From contig NC_057750.1 of the NCBI RefSeq assembly GCF_004010195.1, positions 18,514,542 to 18,578,541 of the forward strand: a stretch of 64,000 nucleotides of DNA, written 5' to 3'. Made by a program: the position numbers and the translations under genes. Under the pieces are notes generated by a model. The model did not search any database and had not been told where the DNA came from. It saw nothing but the letters and a program-made list of their open reading frames with translations. The DNA is from Chiloscyllium plagiosum (lineage: Eukaryota). Positions 37,500 through 51,009 of this stretch are shown here, in pieces. Position 1 is the first letter of the stretch; every line of letters begins with the position of its first letter.

Positions 37500-40330
37500 A
37501 CCAGACGACACCATGTTACAGTCCAACAGGTTTATTTGAAATCACAAGCTTTCTAAACACTGCCCCTTCGTCAGATGAAGTGGAAGAGAATCACTCAGGC
37601 ACAGAATATATAATCAGAGAGATCAAATGATTATACAAATGGCATGAGTGGAGGTCCACAGGCTGAATATTAGGTCTCTACAGGTGATAAAGAATGTCAC
37701 GTGGTGTGAGTAAATTATCAACAGCTGAATAACAAGCGAAGTGGTGACCTATAATCCGAATAATTGAGCCAGAGAGATGATTACAAAATATAATAATAAG
37801 GAGTTGCTGGACACAAAACAAATGACTGGAATAATATGATAGATGTAAGAGTCATATGCCGAGCGTCTAACCGAAGTAGCAAATAATCTAAACTAATTGA
37901 GGTAGAGAGACCATGACATGATATCAAGGTAAAGGTGTAAAAACAGGACAGTAAGGGAGATTTTACAGATACAGAAGTGTTGTGAAGTTATGTGTAGCGC
38001 GACATGAACCCAAGGTTGTGGTTGAGGCTGTCTTCATGGGTATGGAACTTGGCTGTCAGTTTCTGCTCAGCGGTTCTGTGTTGTTGTGTAACCCAAAACC
38101 TGCCTTGGATCTTTGGGGAAGTGTCCGCCAACGTAGCCTTCAAAATATACAACAATGCGGAATTGCTGATAGCTAAGTTCCATACCCATAAAGACGGCCT
38201 CAACCACGATCGTGGGTTCTAAAATTCTAAAAGGTCTAAAAATTGATAAATCTCTTGATCCCGTTGGGCTACAGCCCTGAGGGAGGTGGCTGAGGAAATA
38301 GTGGAGGCATTGGTTGTGATCTTGTAAAAGTCACTAGAGTTGAGGAAAGCGCCAGTTGATTGGAAAATCGCTATTGTAACCCCCTTGTTCAAGAAAGGAT
38401 CAAGACAAAAGATGGGAAATTATAGGCCAATTAGCCTAACCTCGGTTGGTAAAATTCTAGAATCTGCGATAAGCATGAGATTTCTAAATTCATGGAAGAG
38501 CAGGGTCGGATTAGAACAAGTCAGCATGAATTTAGTAAGGGGATGTTCTGCCCGAAAAAACTGTTAGAATTCATTGAAGAGGTAACAAGTAGGTTAGACC
38601 AGGGAAACCCAGTGAATGTTATGTATCTAGATTTCCAAAAGGCTTTTGATACGGTGCCTCACTGGAAGCTGCTGAATAAGGCAAGGGCCCCTGGGTTTGA
38701 GGTGAGCTACTGGCATGGATTGAGGATTGGCTGTCTATGACAGAAAGCAGAGAGTTGGGATAAAAGGTTCTTTTTCGGAATTGCAGCTAGCGACAAATGG
38801 TGTCCCGCAGGGTTCAGTATTGGAGCGCCAGCTGTTCACTTTATATATTAATGATCTGGATGAAGGGACGGGGGGCAATTTGGAGAAGTTCGCCGATGAT
38901 ATGAAGTTAGGTAGACAGGCAGGTAGTACTGAGGAGGTGGGGAGGCTGCAGAAAAATTTAGACAGTTTAGAAGAGTGGTCCAGGAAATGGCTGCTGAAAT
39001 TTCAATGTGAGCAAGTGTGAGGTCTTTCTCTTTCGAAAAAAAGAATACAGGCACGCACTATCTTCTAACCAGTGAGAAAATACATAAAGCCAAAGTACAA
39101 AGGGATCTGGGAGTGCGAGTCCAGGATTTCCGAAAGGTTAACTTGCAAGTGGAGTCCGTGATTATGAAAGTGTTGTAATTCATCTCAAAAGGGTTGGAAT
39201 ATAAAAGCAGTGATGTGCTCCTGAGACTTTATAAAGCTCTCGTTAGGCCCCATTTAGAACACCGTGTCCAATTTTGGGCCCCACACCTCAGGAAGGACAT
39301 ACTGGCACTGGAGCATGTCCAGCGGAGATTCACACGGATGATCCCCGGAATGGTAAGCTTAACATATGATGAACGGGTGAGGGTCCTGCGATTGTGTTCA
39401 TTAGAGCTTAGAAGGTTGAGGGGAGATCGAATAGAAACTTACAAGATAATGGATGGCTTAGAAAGGGTGGACGCTGGGAAGTTATTTCCGTTAGGCGGGG
39501 AGACTAGGACACGTGGGCACAGCCTTAGAATTGGATAGGGTCAATTTAGGGCGGGAATGAGGAGGCATTTCTTCAGCCAGAGAGTGGTGGTCCTGTGGAA
39601 TTCATTGCCACGGAGTGCAGTGGAGGCCGGGATGCTAAATATTTTCAAGGCAGAGATTGGTAAATTCTCGATCTCACAAGGAATTAAGGGCTACGGGGAG
39701 AATGCGGGTGAGTGGAGGTGAAATGTCCATCAACCATGATTAAATGGCGGTGTGGACTCAATGGGCTGAATGGCCTTAGTTCCACTCCTACATCTTATGG
39801 TCTTATGATATGCACATTATATCATAAGATATCATACCTGTCCCACTGTAATGCAACTGTAAAATCTTTCTTACTGTCCTGTTTTGACACTATCACCTTG
39901 ATAACTTGTTATGATCTCTCTACCTTAATTAATTTGTACAGCTTTGGATTACTTGTTACTTTGGTTAGACCCTTGGCATGCAACTCTTATGTCTATCATG
40001 GTGTTTCAGTGATTTGGTTTGTCTCCAGCAGCACAGTATTTTTTTTGTAATGATCCCTGTGCTTCTGTTAATTGGATTATAGTTCATCTCTTCGTTTGTT
40101 ACTGAACTGTTGATACTTTACTCACACCGTTTGACACTCCAGAGACACCCGCAGAGACACTCCACTCACACCATTTGTACAATCTTTTGATCTCTTCGAT
40201 TATAAATTCATGACCTGAGTGTTTGTCTTTCACATTGCCTGATGAAAGGGCTGCACTCCGAACGCTTATGATTTCAACCTGGTGCCATCTGACGTCTGAT
40301 CTCAGTGTAATACTGGCAACTCCACATCAT
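37500..40330. mobile_element. Head-to-head Penelope 3' ends (large inverted repeat) split by a CR1
   Basis: 37500-37990 is the reverse complement of 39850-40300; (EQK)L[TI]AKFHTH..LNH..GF motif on both strands around 38110. Confidence 0.75.
38220..39808 (+). mobile_element. CR1 LINE (RT remnant)
   Basis: GNYRPISLTS, YLDFQKAFD, GVPQGSVL, FADDMK, LYKALVRPHLE. Confidence 0.93.
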
Positions 40331-40391
40331 ATTTCTCCTAAGAAACAGTGGGCGGTGCTCTGGGCCATGAAAGAACTCAGTGTTTGGTTAA

Positions 40392-41250
40392 ATAGAGTCA
40401 TAGAGATGTACAGCATGGAAACAGACCCTATGGTCCAACCTGTCCATGCCGACCAGATATCCCAACCCAATCTAGTCCCACCTGCCAGCACCCGGCCCAT
40501 ACCCCTCCAAACCCTACCTATTCATATACCCATCCAAATGCCTCTTAAATGTTGCAATTTTACCAGCCTCTACCACTTCCTCTGGCAGTTCATTCCATAC
40601 ACGTACCACCCTCTGCGTGAAAAAGTTGCCCCTTAGGTCTCTTTTATATCTTTCCCCTCTCACCCTCTAGTTCTGGACTCCCCGACCCCACGGAAAAGAC
40701 TTTGCCTATTTATCCTATCCATGCCTCTCTTAATTTTGTAAACCTATATAAGGTCATCCCTCAGCCTCCGACGCTCCAGGGAAAACAGCCATTTGTTCAG
40801 CCTCTCCCTGTAGCTCAGATCCTCCAACCCTGGCAACATCCTTGTAAATCTTTTCTGAAACCTTTCAAGTTCAACAACATCTTTCCGATAGGAAGGAGAC
40901 CAGAATTGCACGCAATATTACAACAGTGGCCTAACCAATGTCCTGTACAGCTGCAACATGACCTCCCAACTCCTGTACTCAATACCCTGACTAATGAAGG
41001 AAAGCATACCAAACGCCTTCTTCACTATTCTATCTACCTGCGACTCCACTTTCAAGGAGCTATGAACCTGCACTCCCAGGTCTCTTTGTTCAGCAACACT
41101 CCCTAGGACCTTACCATTAAGTGTCTAAGTCCTGCTAAGATTTGCTTTCCCAAAATGCAGCACCTCGCATTTTATCTGAATTAAACTCCATCTGCCACTT
41201 CTCAGCCCATTGGCCCATCTGGTCCAGATCCTGTTGTAATCTGAGGTAAC
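40392..41250 (-). mobile_element. CR1 LINE 3' part (same subfamily as 13722-14510)
   Basis: Near-identical to the 13.7-14.5 kb copy; ATAGAGTC tail. Confidence 0.9.
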
Positions 41251-41992
41251 AAAGTACTGTAGATACTGAAAATCAGAAACAAAAACAGAAATTTTGGGAA
41301 ACTTTTAAAGAAGGGTCACAGAACCCGAAACATTAACTCTGATATGTCCCCACAGATTCTGGCAGACCTGCTGAGTTTTTCCAGTTCTTCTCAATCGAAA
41401 TGAATTCCAAATGATGCTCTACAGACGAAGCTCTTCCTTAAGCACACCGTAAACTGGTCAAGCCTACTTTGGAATTATTTCAGCCCAGTTCAAAAACTCC
41501 CATGATGGGTATACCTTCTCTCAGCACCACATCTATCAAGCTTTCCTCAAATATGACTTCACTTCCAACGCTTCGAAGTTTCAACTTTAAGTTTGTTCCA
41601 CTATATTATGGACTCCTCCTAGGAATGGAAATATTTTCGATACATAAAATACTGTGGGATGCATTTTCCCAGTTTGATCAGCCTCAACATTCCATATTGA
41701 AGATTAGAGAAAGCGATGTTTATGCTACCCATTCTATGATTTCCACTGTAAGTCCCGCTATTATTCTGGAGAGTTTCGAACCCGCCACAGTTTTCTCCTT
41801 AACGCATTTCTTCCACTTGCTTTTGAATCTTCCTACTCCTTAGATCTCTCCCTCATTCAATCAGAGATTTGTGAGTCGGGGCTGGTAAGCTGAGGGTTGG
41901 AGCTGCGTTAATTACCTTGAGATGAGGGGCACTATATTTTTAATGTCTCACCAGTGATGGAGATTGTTTAAAAGGGAACATTACAGTGGAAG

Positions 41993-42528
41993 ATGCATCG
42001 GTTCCTCGCTCTGTTCATCACCTTTTACTGTAAGGGTCTTTATAAATAAAGAAATCTTGAATGCAATTACCTTTCTGTTTGGTAACATTCAATGCGATCC
42101 CTCTTTCTCTGCCCTTTCAATTTAATGAATTGATTTTATTTTTTTTTTGGGTATATTTTCTTCTTTCATTCCTTCTCCACGTCCCGAGTGTCTGAATTTT
42201 CTGATCTCTTTCTTTCCCCATGCTTTCCTCAGGTGTGAAATCGCAAACTGTCAATCAGTATCCCGCCGCAATCTCCAAACTTCCTCGACAGAGAGCAGAA
42301 CTACTATGCACGGTGAAGGGAGCAAGTAGCCTTCGTAGGCACTGGTACAGGCAAGCGCCAGGAAAGGAGCTGCTGCTGATGTTTTCCTCTATGGTTGCAC
42401 AACGTGTGACTGAAGAGGCGGCCGCTGACGGTTTCACCGCCGAGCGACCCAGTGACTCGACGTTTATCCTAAAGTCCCCCAGCCTGAAGGAGAATCACTC
42501 GGCTGTTTATTACTGCGCCTGGAGTCTT
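41993..42528 (+). CDS. TRBV: TCR V segment V8 (divergent; A-type promoter and leader). Leader 41993-42029, V exon 42233-42528
   Basis: Leader MHRFLALFITFY; VKSQTVNQYP..LLC..RRHWYRQAPGKELLLMFSS..AVYYCAWSL. Confidence 0.88.
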
Positions 42529-42567
42529 CACAGTGACTCGGAGAGATGGAGCAGCTCAACAAAACCC
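42529..42567 (+). promoter_or_regulatory. 23-RSS of V8
   Basis: CACAGTG-23 nt-ACAAAACCC (one A fewer than consensus). Confidence 0.92.
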
Positions 42568-45500
42568 CAAAGGCAGCGGAAAATAATTTTAAAGGATGAC
42601 ATTGCTCCTCGTCTTGGTTCCATCTGCCGGAAGTATTGTTATTAATTAAAGATGAGTGGAATAGATACGAATACACTTCAAGCGGTGTAACGAAACAGGT
42701 ATAAAGTGCAGCACAGAGAAAAATATAAATATCACGAAACGTTGAAAGATTTGTGTATGCTGTCTATGGTTTAAAAAAAACATTATTGGTGATCCAAAAA
42801 AGATCTTAAGGAGAATTAAATGGTTTCAGTGGGTGGACATAGGGAAGATGTTTTCACTGTTTAGTGTGTTCCAAAAGTCGAGGGAATAATTCAAGATAAT
42901 GGTAAGAAATTGTACAGGGTGGTGAGAATGTGAAATCCTTACCCACAGAGTCCGTTATCGTGACAGCAGAGCTAGATTTGACCGGGGAAGCTGGATAAAT
43001 AAATATGGAAGAAAGACGCAGAAGAATATCTTGATGGAGTGAGATGAAATAGTACTGGGATGAGGAGGGTTGCGAAGCATGAACTGCATTGAAAGGCAGC
43101 GCCGAAAGGCTTCTTTCTGCGATAAGTATTCGATGATTTTAGAATGGGAAGCAGAAATAACATTAATGTGGATTGTGCGACTGACTCCTGGGCCAAGAAA
43201 ATGCACGTGTTACTACAGGAATAAAAGGGTCCTCTGTACACTTTGCCCCGGAACTGTTTTAAGCCTGGAGTTAGACAAAATGTATTTTAGCAAGAATGTA
43301 AAGATTGCACAAAGTATTTACACATTGGAATAACAAAACGATCTGATAAGCATCAAAGGAAAACAGAGATAAAAAATGAAAGACTGAAAGTTAGAATCAA
43401 GGAAATATAGGTATAACATTGGAACGCTAACAATAAGCTGGCAAGCAATAAAGGAACTCTGGAACCAGGTAGCTCGTCAATGTCTGAAACACGTCTGGAA
43501 GAAACCAGAGTTAGTCATTCATCCACTCAGTGCTAGTCCAGAATGTTTCAGAAGAGCAGGAGGTGTCCCATAGTGCACCAGCCGAGACTATTACACGTTA
43601 AGAACAACAATCCATTAAGCCACTCTCTTAAGTTACTATAAAATTGGAGGACGCCCGTCAAAGCCCTCCCATGCTCTGCATTGGAACGCGCGAAATCTAT
43701 CACCCCTTGTAACATTTTACACAGGAACGGGAGGTGGCCATGCAGAAATAATTAATTGGGAATGAATATGTGTTTCATCGACGATACAGATGTGTGTGAT
43801 TGCAGCTCTACTCAGAAAATATTAAACGGAACAATTCGGGGCCTTTTGTGGCACAATAGTGGTGCCACTACCTTTGCGACACAAGGTCTGGGTTCGAATC
43901 CTACTTGCCCAAGAGGTGCATCATAACACCTCTGAGCAGGTTGGTTGAAAGTACAGAAGGCTGCATATCCTACTATGAAAAATATTTGGGGTTCTTATGG
44001 TCCACTGGTTGTGCCCTTAGCTCCTTGACAGGAGGCTGGAGTTCAAATGCCACTTTTCATGTATGTAATAGCATCTTGGAACAGATTGACTAGGAAATAT
44101 CTATATCAGGTAGCCAAATGCACTGAGAGAATGCATAGAACTCCTGCTGGGGCCAAAATTGAGTCGAGCGAGCCAGCAAAACAGAAGGTTGCCTTCATGC
44201 TGTTATATGAATTCTAGTCCACAAAGAGAACACTTGGAAACAAACAGCCATATTAACTTTGATTGATCAAAGGATATATCCGAAACTTTTCCATGATAAC
44301 TTTCAGGTTTTCTTCAACAATTTGGAAAGAATGTTTTGTCCCCTGACAGGGCTCCATGATACTATTTTCCACAATTCTGTAATAAGTAATGACATGAATG
44401 AAAAATCTCGAAGGATTATTTAATCATTTTGTATGCAATAATTTTTGCTGCTGAGCATTTGACTTTGGGTTTTCTTTTTCGTCATTGCCCTGAATGTCCT
44501 CATTTACTGACCTTTCTATCTTCCTGTCAGTAAAGGAGATGAATAAACTTCATCCAATTATGCTCAAAAGTCTCTGCTGGAGGAAAACTGGTACAAACTA
44601 ATGGTTTAACCCTTTAAGTCCCAAAATTATCCTGTTGGATGTAGCTTGCATTTTCTCTAAAAAAAAAACTTATTTCTGAGGTGTATTAAGGTGGAACTGA
44701 AAGAAATGTTTCAGATGGAATCTACTCAGGGTGCATGATCTCTTTGACTTAATATTTCAACTCGCATTAAGTAAAGACAAACATTCAATTTTGTATTTAT
44801 TGATTTGTGTCAAGCTGGTCAATGAAATCACTTTGCTGACCACTATTTCCTTGCTTTTCACCAATTAGAAAATATTCTAATCTTGTTTGAAGTGGCCGAA
44901 AGTGGGTGACCTTAGATTATAAAATCATACGAAATAGGCACAGGGATAGGTTATTCAGCCCTTCGAGTCTGCTTCAACATTCAATAGCATCTGGGCTGAA
45001 ACAACTTTCCTCATGTACACTCTCTTGGGTTTTCCTAATAGTCTTGACTGTACTCCAGACCAAGAAACTACACAATAAACACTGCCTCGACAGCTCAATG
45101 TGGCGAGGAGTGAAAAAAAGACTCACAAACCTTGAGAGAAGAAATTCTTCCTCACCACTGTCTTAAATTGGGGGCCCTTTATGCTGAGGCGATGTCCTCT
45201 GCAGCTGCACTCTCTCATAATAGCAAACATCCTCCCAGCACTTACCGTTAAGAATCCTATATGATTTAATGAGATTGACCCACATTAAAGTGTATCTGCC
45301 ACAGTTTTGCCCACTTCATTTCTTTATGGTCCCTTTCTAACCTTTTGTGTTTATCAGCTACAGTTTTCGATATTTAATCGATGCTAGAGACTTTATTACT
45401 TAACTCTGGAGTAGGGGGTCACCAACCCAGGCCTCTAGCTCAGAGGCAGGGGTACTAGTATTTTGCCACAACATCTCCTGGCTCCGGCTTTAAAACAAGT

Positions 45501-45677
45501 CTCGGAGACGGGGCGTGGCTTCTCATCAGCGAGGGAGGAACATATTGGCGCTTGCATCATTACTCGGGGCCCTTCATGTCTCCTTAATTACTTTGAAAGA
45601 AGATGATTTGAAGCACAGCAAATCTTGGCCATTTTATTCGTTTATCTCCCTGTTGGAAGAAAATATCGAAGTTGAAG

Positions 45678-46139
45678 ATGTACCAGTTGCTGACTCTCAC
45701 GATAGTATTACAATGTGAGTGATTTGTGAAGCAACGATTTTTGCTATCGCCGACCCTTTATCATGTCCTTTCTTGTAATTTCTTTCGTATTTTCTTTCCT
45801 TCTCTGTCCCTGTTTATGACCTCTTCCTCTTGCGATTTCTTTCTCAGACGTGAACTGCGCGACTGTTCGCCAGACTCCCCGAATTGTTTCCAAACTTGGA
45901 GAGGAAGTGGAACTGAAATGCACAGTGGAGGGGCAGAGTACGGGTACCATGTACTGGTACAGACAAAACCAGGGAAAGAAGCCGCAGCTGATGTTTTATT
46001 CTGCAGCTGTACCCAGCGTGAATGCAGAGGGAGAGACGGACGGTTTCACCGCCAAGAGAGCGAGTGGCTCTGACTTCAACCTAAAGACCCCCAGCCTCCG
46101 AGCTAATCACTCCGCCGTGTATTACTGTGCCTGGAGTTT
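45678..46139 (+). CDS. TRBV: TCR V segment V9 (subfamily C-related). Leader 45678-45714, V exon 45848-46139
   Basis: Leader MYQLLTLTIVLQ, GTGAGT/TCTCAG splice sites; VNCATVRQTP..LKC..MYWYRQ..AVYYCAWS; FR1 one codon shorter than in paralogs. Confidence 0.9.
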
Positions 46140-46178
46140 CACAGTGGCTCAGAGAAGGGGAGCAGTTCAACAAAAACC
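46140..46178 (+). promoter_or_regulatory. 23-RSS of V9
   Basis: CACAGTG-23 nt-ACAAAAACC. Confidence 0.96.
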
Positions 46179-47299
46179 CCAAAGGCTGCAAGAAGAAGCT
46201 GTAAACGGCCAGGTCAGGCGATGCTGCCACATGTTTCTCCGAAAACTTGCTTATGAAAAGAGATAGGTTAGTAGAGCAGTGAGAAATCGGACAGTGAATG
46301 AACCTACACAGACATTTATAAGAATAATTTCAGGACTGAAAATTTGCGATTGTCTGGAAATAAATCGTTCGAAAGGAACAAAAAAGACTCAAGCAATCAG
46401 TTGCCCATAATGGAAAGCTGAAATAAAACAAACAAAAAATTCAGAAAGTGCTGCAGAACCACAGGCAGGTTTGGCAGCAACTTTGGGAAAAGAAACAGAG
46501 TTAAATTTCGAGTCCAGTATAACCTTCCCCAGGGACACCAGCCATTATTTACGGTAAAAAAAGACTTTGTTCTTTCACTGACTCTGAGTTGTTTTTCTAC
46601 AAGACCAGCAGAGGGCGCTGTAAGATAAGAAAATAAGATACGTCCAGAATAACCATGAAGTGGATTAAGAGGAGGCTGTTCAGCCGAGCAAGCGGGTGAG
46701 ACACGAATAGGCGAAGGATATTCAGTCCCTTGGTTCCGTGATAATGGAGAGGAGGTGGCCATTCAGTCCCACATCAGCCTGTCTCACAGAAATTTCAGGA
46801 AACCACTTAATCCAGAGTTGCTGGCTATTCAATCTTTAAAGCTGTTGGAAGGGGGGCAGGAAATGACTATTTTGTCCAGAACTTCTGCTTTGGAATCAGG
46901 CTGTTCTTCAACTTTTAATCTATTGTTTCCAATCCATTCATATATTCACCCGCAAGCAGCTATGAACACGTGATGCAGGCTGGAATTAAGCCTTGGGGGG
47001 ACTAAGTTTCAGTCCATTTTTAAAGGCTTTTTGCCCCTTGATTTTGCCTCTATCACACTAGAGGAAATAGTTTTTCTCTATTTTATCTCCCAACACCCAT
47101 GGTCAATAACTTGATCAGCTCACCACTATATTTTTTATATTCAAAAGAAGGGAACCTATGTCAATGGATCATATGTTCTCAGTTTACACACCAATCACAT
47201 TCTGCATAATCTGTATTGCACCCCACCTAAGTCCAAGTACAGTATAGATTTAAGTGAAGTTAGTCCATACGCTTGTGGAATTGAAGTTCATCTTTGATA

Positions 47300-48490
47300 A
47301 ATAAAGAACAAAGAGCAGCATAGCACAGGAAGAGACTCTTCAGCCCACCAAGTCTGCACTGACACAATGCCTTTCTAAGCTAAAAACATTTTGTGTATAT
47401 GCATTCCATATTTCTCCATTTCCTGATTGTTCATATATCTGAAAAGATACCTCGTAAACATTGCTATTGTATCTTCCCCCACGATTTCATCTGGCTGGGC
47501 ATTGTAGACATTTACCACACTCGGTGTAAAAAAATGTGCCTCTCACATCTCCTTTAAACTTACCCTTTTTACCTTCAACTTATGTCCCCTAATAATTGAT
47601 TTTTCTACTCTGGCAAAAAAGATTGCAGCTCTTCATTCAATCCATGTGTCAGGTAATTTTATAAACTTTTGTCAGGCCACTACTTACCTGTCAACATTCA
47701 AGGGAGAGCAAATCAAGTTTGCCCAAACTCTTGTCATATCTAGTACACTCCAAACCAGGGAAATCTTATTAAACAATCCCTGTACTTTCTCCAAAGTTTT
47801 CACATCCTCTGGTAGTGTGGCGACTAGAACTGTACATAATATTCCAAATGTTGCCTAACTAAAGTTCTATACAGCTGCAACATAACTTGCTAATTTTTAT
47901 ACTCCACGTCTCAACTGATCAAGGCAAGCATGCCATTTCCATTCTTGACCATATTATCCATTTAAATAGCCAGTTTCAGGGAACTGTTCACCTGCATGCC
48001 CAGATCCCTCTGTATGTTAATGCTACTGAGAGTTCCCTCGTGCATTAGGTCTTCCATAATGAATCATCCTACATTTCCTTTGGGATTAAACTCCAAATGC
48101 CATTTCTGCGCCTAAGTCCCCAGCCTATCTGTATCTTGCTGCATCCTTTGGTAATCCTGTTCACTATCCACAGCTTCCTAATATTTGTCCATTCGCCAAT
48201 TTACTGATCCGTCCACCTACATTCCCCTCTGAATTTATGTATATTACAATTAACGGGTCCCAACACTGATCTCTGCAGAAAACCGCTGGTCCCAGATGTC
48301 CAATCTGAAATAATATCCTTCCACTGCTTTTCTCTGTGTTCTATGACTAAGCCAGTTCTGGATCTATCTTACAGTTTACTGCAGATCCCATGTGACTTCA
48401 CCTTTTGTACCAACATGCCTTGAAGTCATTTGTCAAGGGCCTTGCTAAAATCGCTATGACAACATCTGCGGCCCTGCCCTCATCAGTCAA
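47300..48490 (-). mobile_element. Decayed CR1 fragment
   Basis: CR1 3' UTR and ORF2 remnants. Confidence 0.7.
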
Positions 48491-48505
48491 CGTAGTATAA
48501 CATAA

Positions 48506-48729
48506 GTTGAAAAATACGATGCTGGAAAAACACAGCAGGCCAGGCAGCATCCGAGGAGCTGGAGAAGACGTTTGGGCATAAGCCCTTCTTCAGGAATGTT
48601 CTTCCTGAAGAAGGGCTTATGCCCGAAACGTCGATCCTCCTGCTCCTCGATGCTGCCGGGCCTGCTGTGTTTTTCCAGCATCACATTTTTCAACTCTAGT
48701 CTCCAGCATCTGCAGTTCTCACTTTCTCC
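48506..48729. mobile_element. Palindromic Penelope-derived mini-element
   Basis: Near-perfect inverted arms around TTCAGGAATGTTCTTCCTGAA; hammerhead-like core at 48605-48632. Confidence 0.8.
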
Positions 48730-49950
48730 TAGTATTACAACATAAACCAACGTATTCCAGTCTTCTTCTGTAACGGCCAACCTTGCATCAATTTTTTGAT
48801 GGTAGGATAATGTCTTGTCACTGGGTTTGTAATCTGAATCTCCAGCACTCCAACAGAGTAACTGGTGAATCTTTTGTACAGAAATTCAAAAATATCTGGA
48901 ATTGAAAGATAGATCGTTAATGTGCGCCATACCAGCACGTCTGGCTTGCTAATGTCTGCTGTCTGCTGTACTGGTGCAAATGTGAGTTCAGAATCACAGA
49001 AGTGTTGTTGAGGCGTAACGGACCCATGAAATGGCTGAACACGTTATTGTGTTCTCGCACTTACTTGCCACCTTTGTTCTTCAAAATGGTTGTGGGCATG
49101 GGCTTGGAATGTCGAAGGAACCTTGAAGAGTTTCTGTAGCGCATCTTGTAGATAGCACACACTGCTACTACTACGTGTCAGTGGTGCAGGGAGCGAATGT
49201 TTCTGGATATAGTTTTAACCAAGTGGGTTTTTGTTTTGCTCTGGATGGTGTCAAGTTTGATGAGTGCTGTTAGTGCGGCACTCATCCAGACAAGTGAGGA
49301 GTATTCCATCATTCTGCTGACTTTTGTGCCTTGTACCACCTTTGGGGAACGGAAATGAATTACTCACTATTGGATTCCTATCCTCTGGCCTGTTCACAGT
49401 ATTTGTGTGGCGAGACCCAACTTTTTTTAAAATGTAGTTTTTTCGTAGGATGTGGGTATTCCCAGCAAGATGAACATTTATTGCTCAACCCTAACTGCCA
49501 TTGAACTGAACAGGCATTTCAGAGGGCTGTTAAGAATCAAACACATTACTATGCATCTGGAGTCAAATATAGGACATATTTGTTAGAAATGGCACGTTGC
49601 CTTCGCCAAAGGGCGACATTTAATGGTGGTCGCCATTACTAAGTTTGTATTCAAATTCCAAATTCAGGGATTGAATTTGATTTCTCGTAGCTGCTTTGGA
49701 ACAGGATCCGCAGAGCATGAGCCTGGTGTAATAGCAGTACCACATGCCACCGCCTCAATGGCTTAAACAGAAGCATATAGAAGGAGCGTGACTTGCCATC
49801 AGTGAGGGAGGGACATGTTCAAGACTTGGTTAATTACCATGGCTCCTTCATTTGTCTCGAAATAATTTAGAAAGAGATGGTTTGAGACGCAAGACGTTTG
49901 GATATTTTGCTCGTTAATTTCTCCATCACAAGAACAGCTGACGATTCAAG

Positions 49951-50417
49951 ATGTATCTGTTGCTGAATGTCATGGTTGTATTTCAATGTAAGTGCAACAT
50001 ATTTTATTACTTGTCCTTTACTATCTCTTCCTCCTCATTTCATAATTTCTTTCTTTCCTTCTCTGCTGCACCAGGTCATTTTCCCTTTCATTGATCTCTT
50101 CCTCTAACGATTTTTTCTCAGACGTGAACTCAGTGACGGTCCGACAGACTCCTTCAGCTGTCTCCAAATCTATGAAAGAGAGCGTGGAGTTGAAATGCAC
50201 GGTGGAGGGAAAGAATACAGGTGCTATGTACTGGTACAGACAAAACCCGGGGAAGGAACTACAACTGATGTTTTATTCTCCGGTTGCGTCAACTGTGAAT
50301 AGAGAAGAGGCGGAGGATGGTTTCAACGCCGAGCGACCGAGTGGCCCCGACTTTAACCTGGAGTCCTCCAGCCTGAAGGCAGATGACTCGGCCGTGTATT
50401 ATTGCGCCTGGAGTATT
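49951..50417 (+). CDS. TRBV: TCR V segment V10 (subfamily C). Leader 49951-49987, V exon 50122-50417
   Basis: Leader MYLLLNVMVVFQ; VNSVTVRQTP..LKC..MYWYRQNPGKELQLMFYS..DDSAVYYCAWSI. Confidence 0.92.
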
Positions 50418-50456
50418 CACAGTGAGACAGAGAGAGGGGGCAGCTCAACAAAAAAC
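50418..50456 (+). promoter_or_regulatory. 23-RSS of V10
   Basis: CACAGTG-23 nt-ACAAAAAAC. Confidence 0.93.
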
Positions 50457-51009
50457 CCCAAAGGTAGTAGTAAACAACAGGGAATTACAGCGCTCATCGC
50501 CTCCTCCTGTTCGATTTGACGTTTTGCATGTAGCCCCGTTTAGAATTAGACTGACATTTTATTGTCACGTGTACTCAAGTATTGGAATGTAAGAGTACAA
50601 TGAAAAGTGTTACTAAACCAGAATTAAAATTAAAAATAGAGAAAGAAAAGAAACAAAAGCAAGAGGAAAGAAAAACGTCCAGGTATTTTGAAAATCCCAT
50701 CTCAAAAATGGGAGAGACAACTCGAGACAGGCAATAAATGCTAGCCAAACCAGTGATGCTCACGTCCTATGACTGAATAAAAAAATCCCACTTTCCCCGA
50801 TGTGCAGAACTGGAGGCTATCAGTAAAGTTAATGAAGAATTAATCAGACAGAAATTACAGGAGCAGTCGTATTTATAGGATCAAAGTGAAGTAACTTACT
50901 TAGTATTAAGCCCGTTCGACATAAGCGAGAAAATGACACTTAAGCCCCTTTAGTAATTGAAACCTGTTTGGGATCCCTGCAGTTTACGTCATACATTAAC
51001 AATTTGGAC

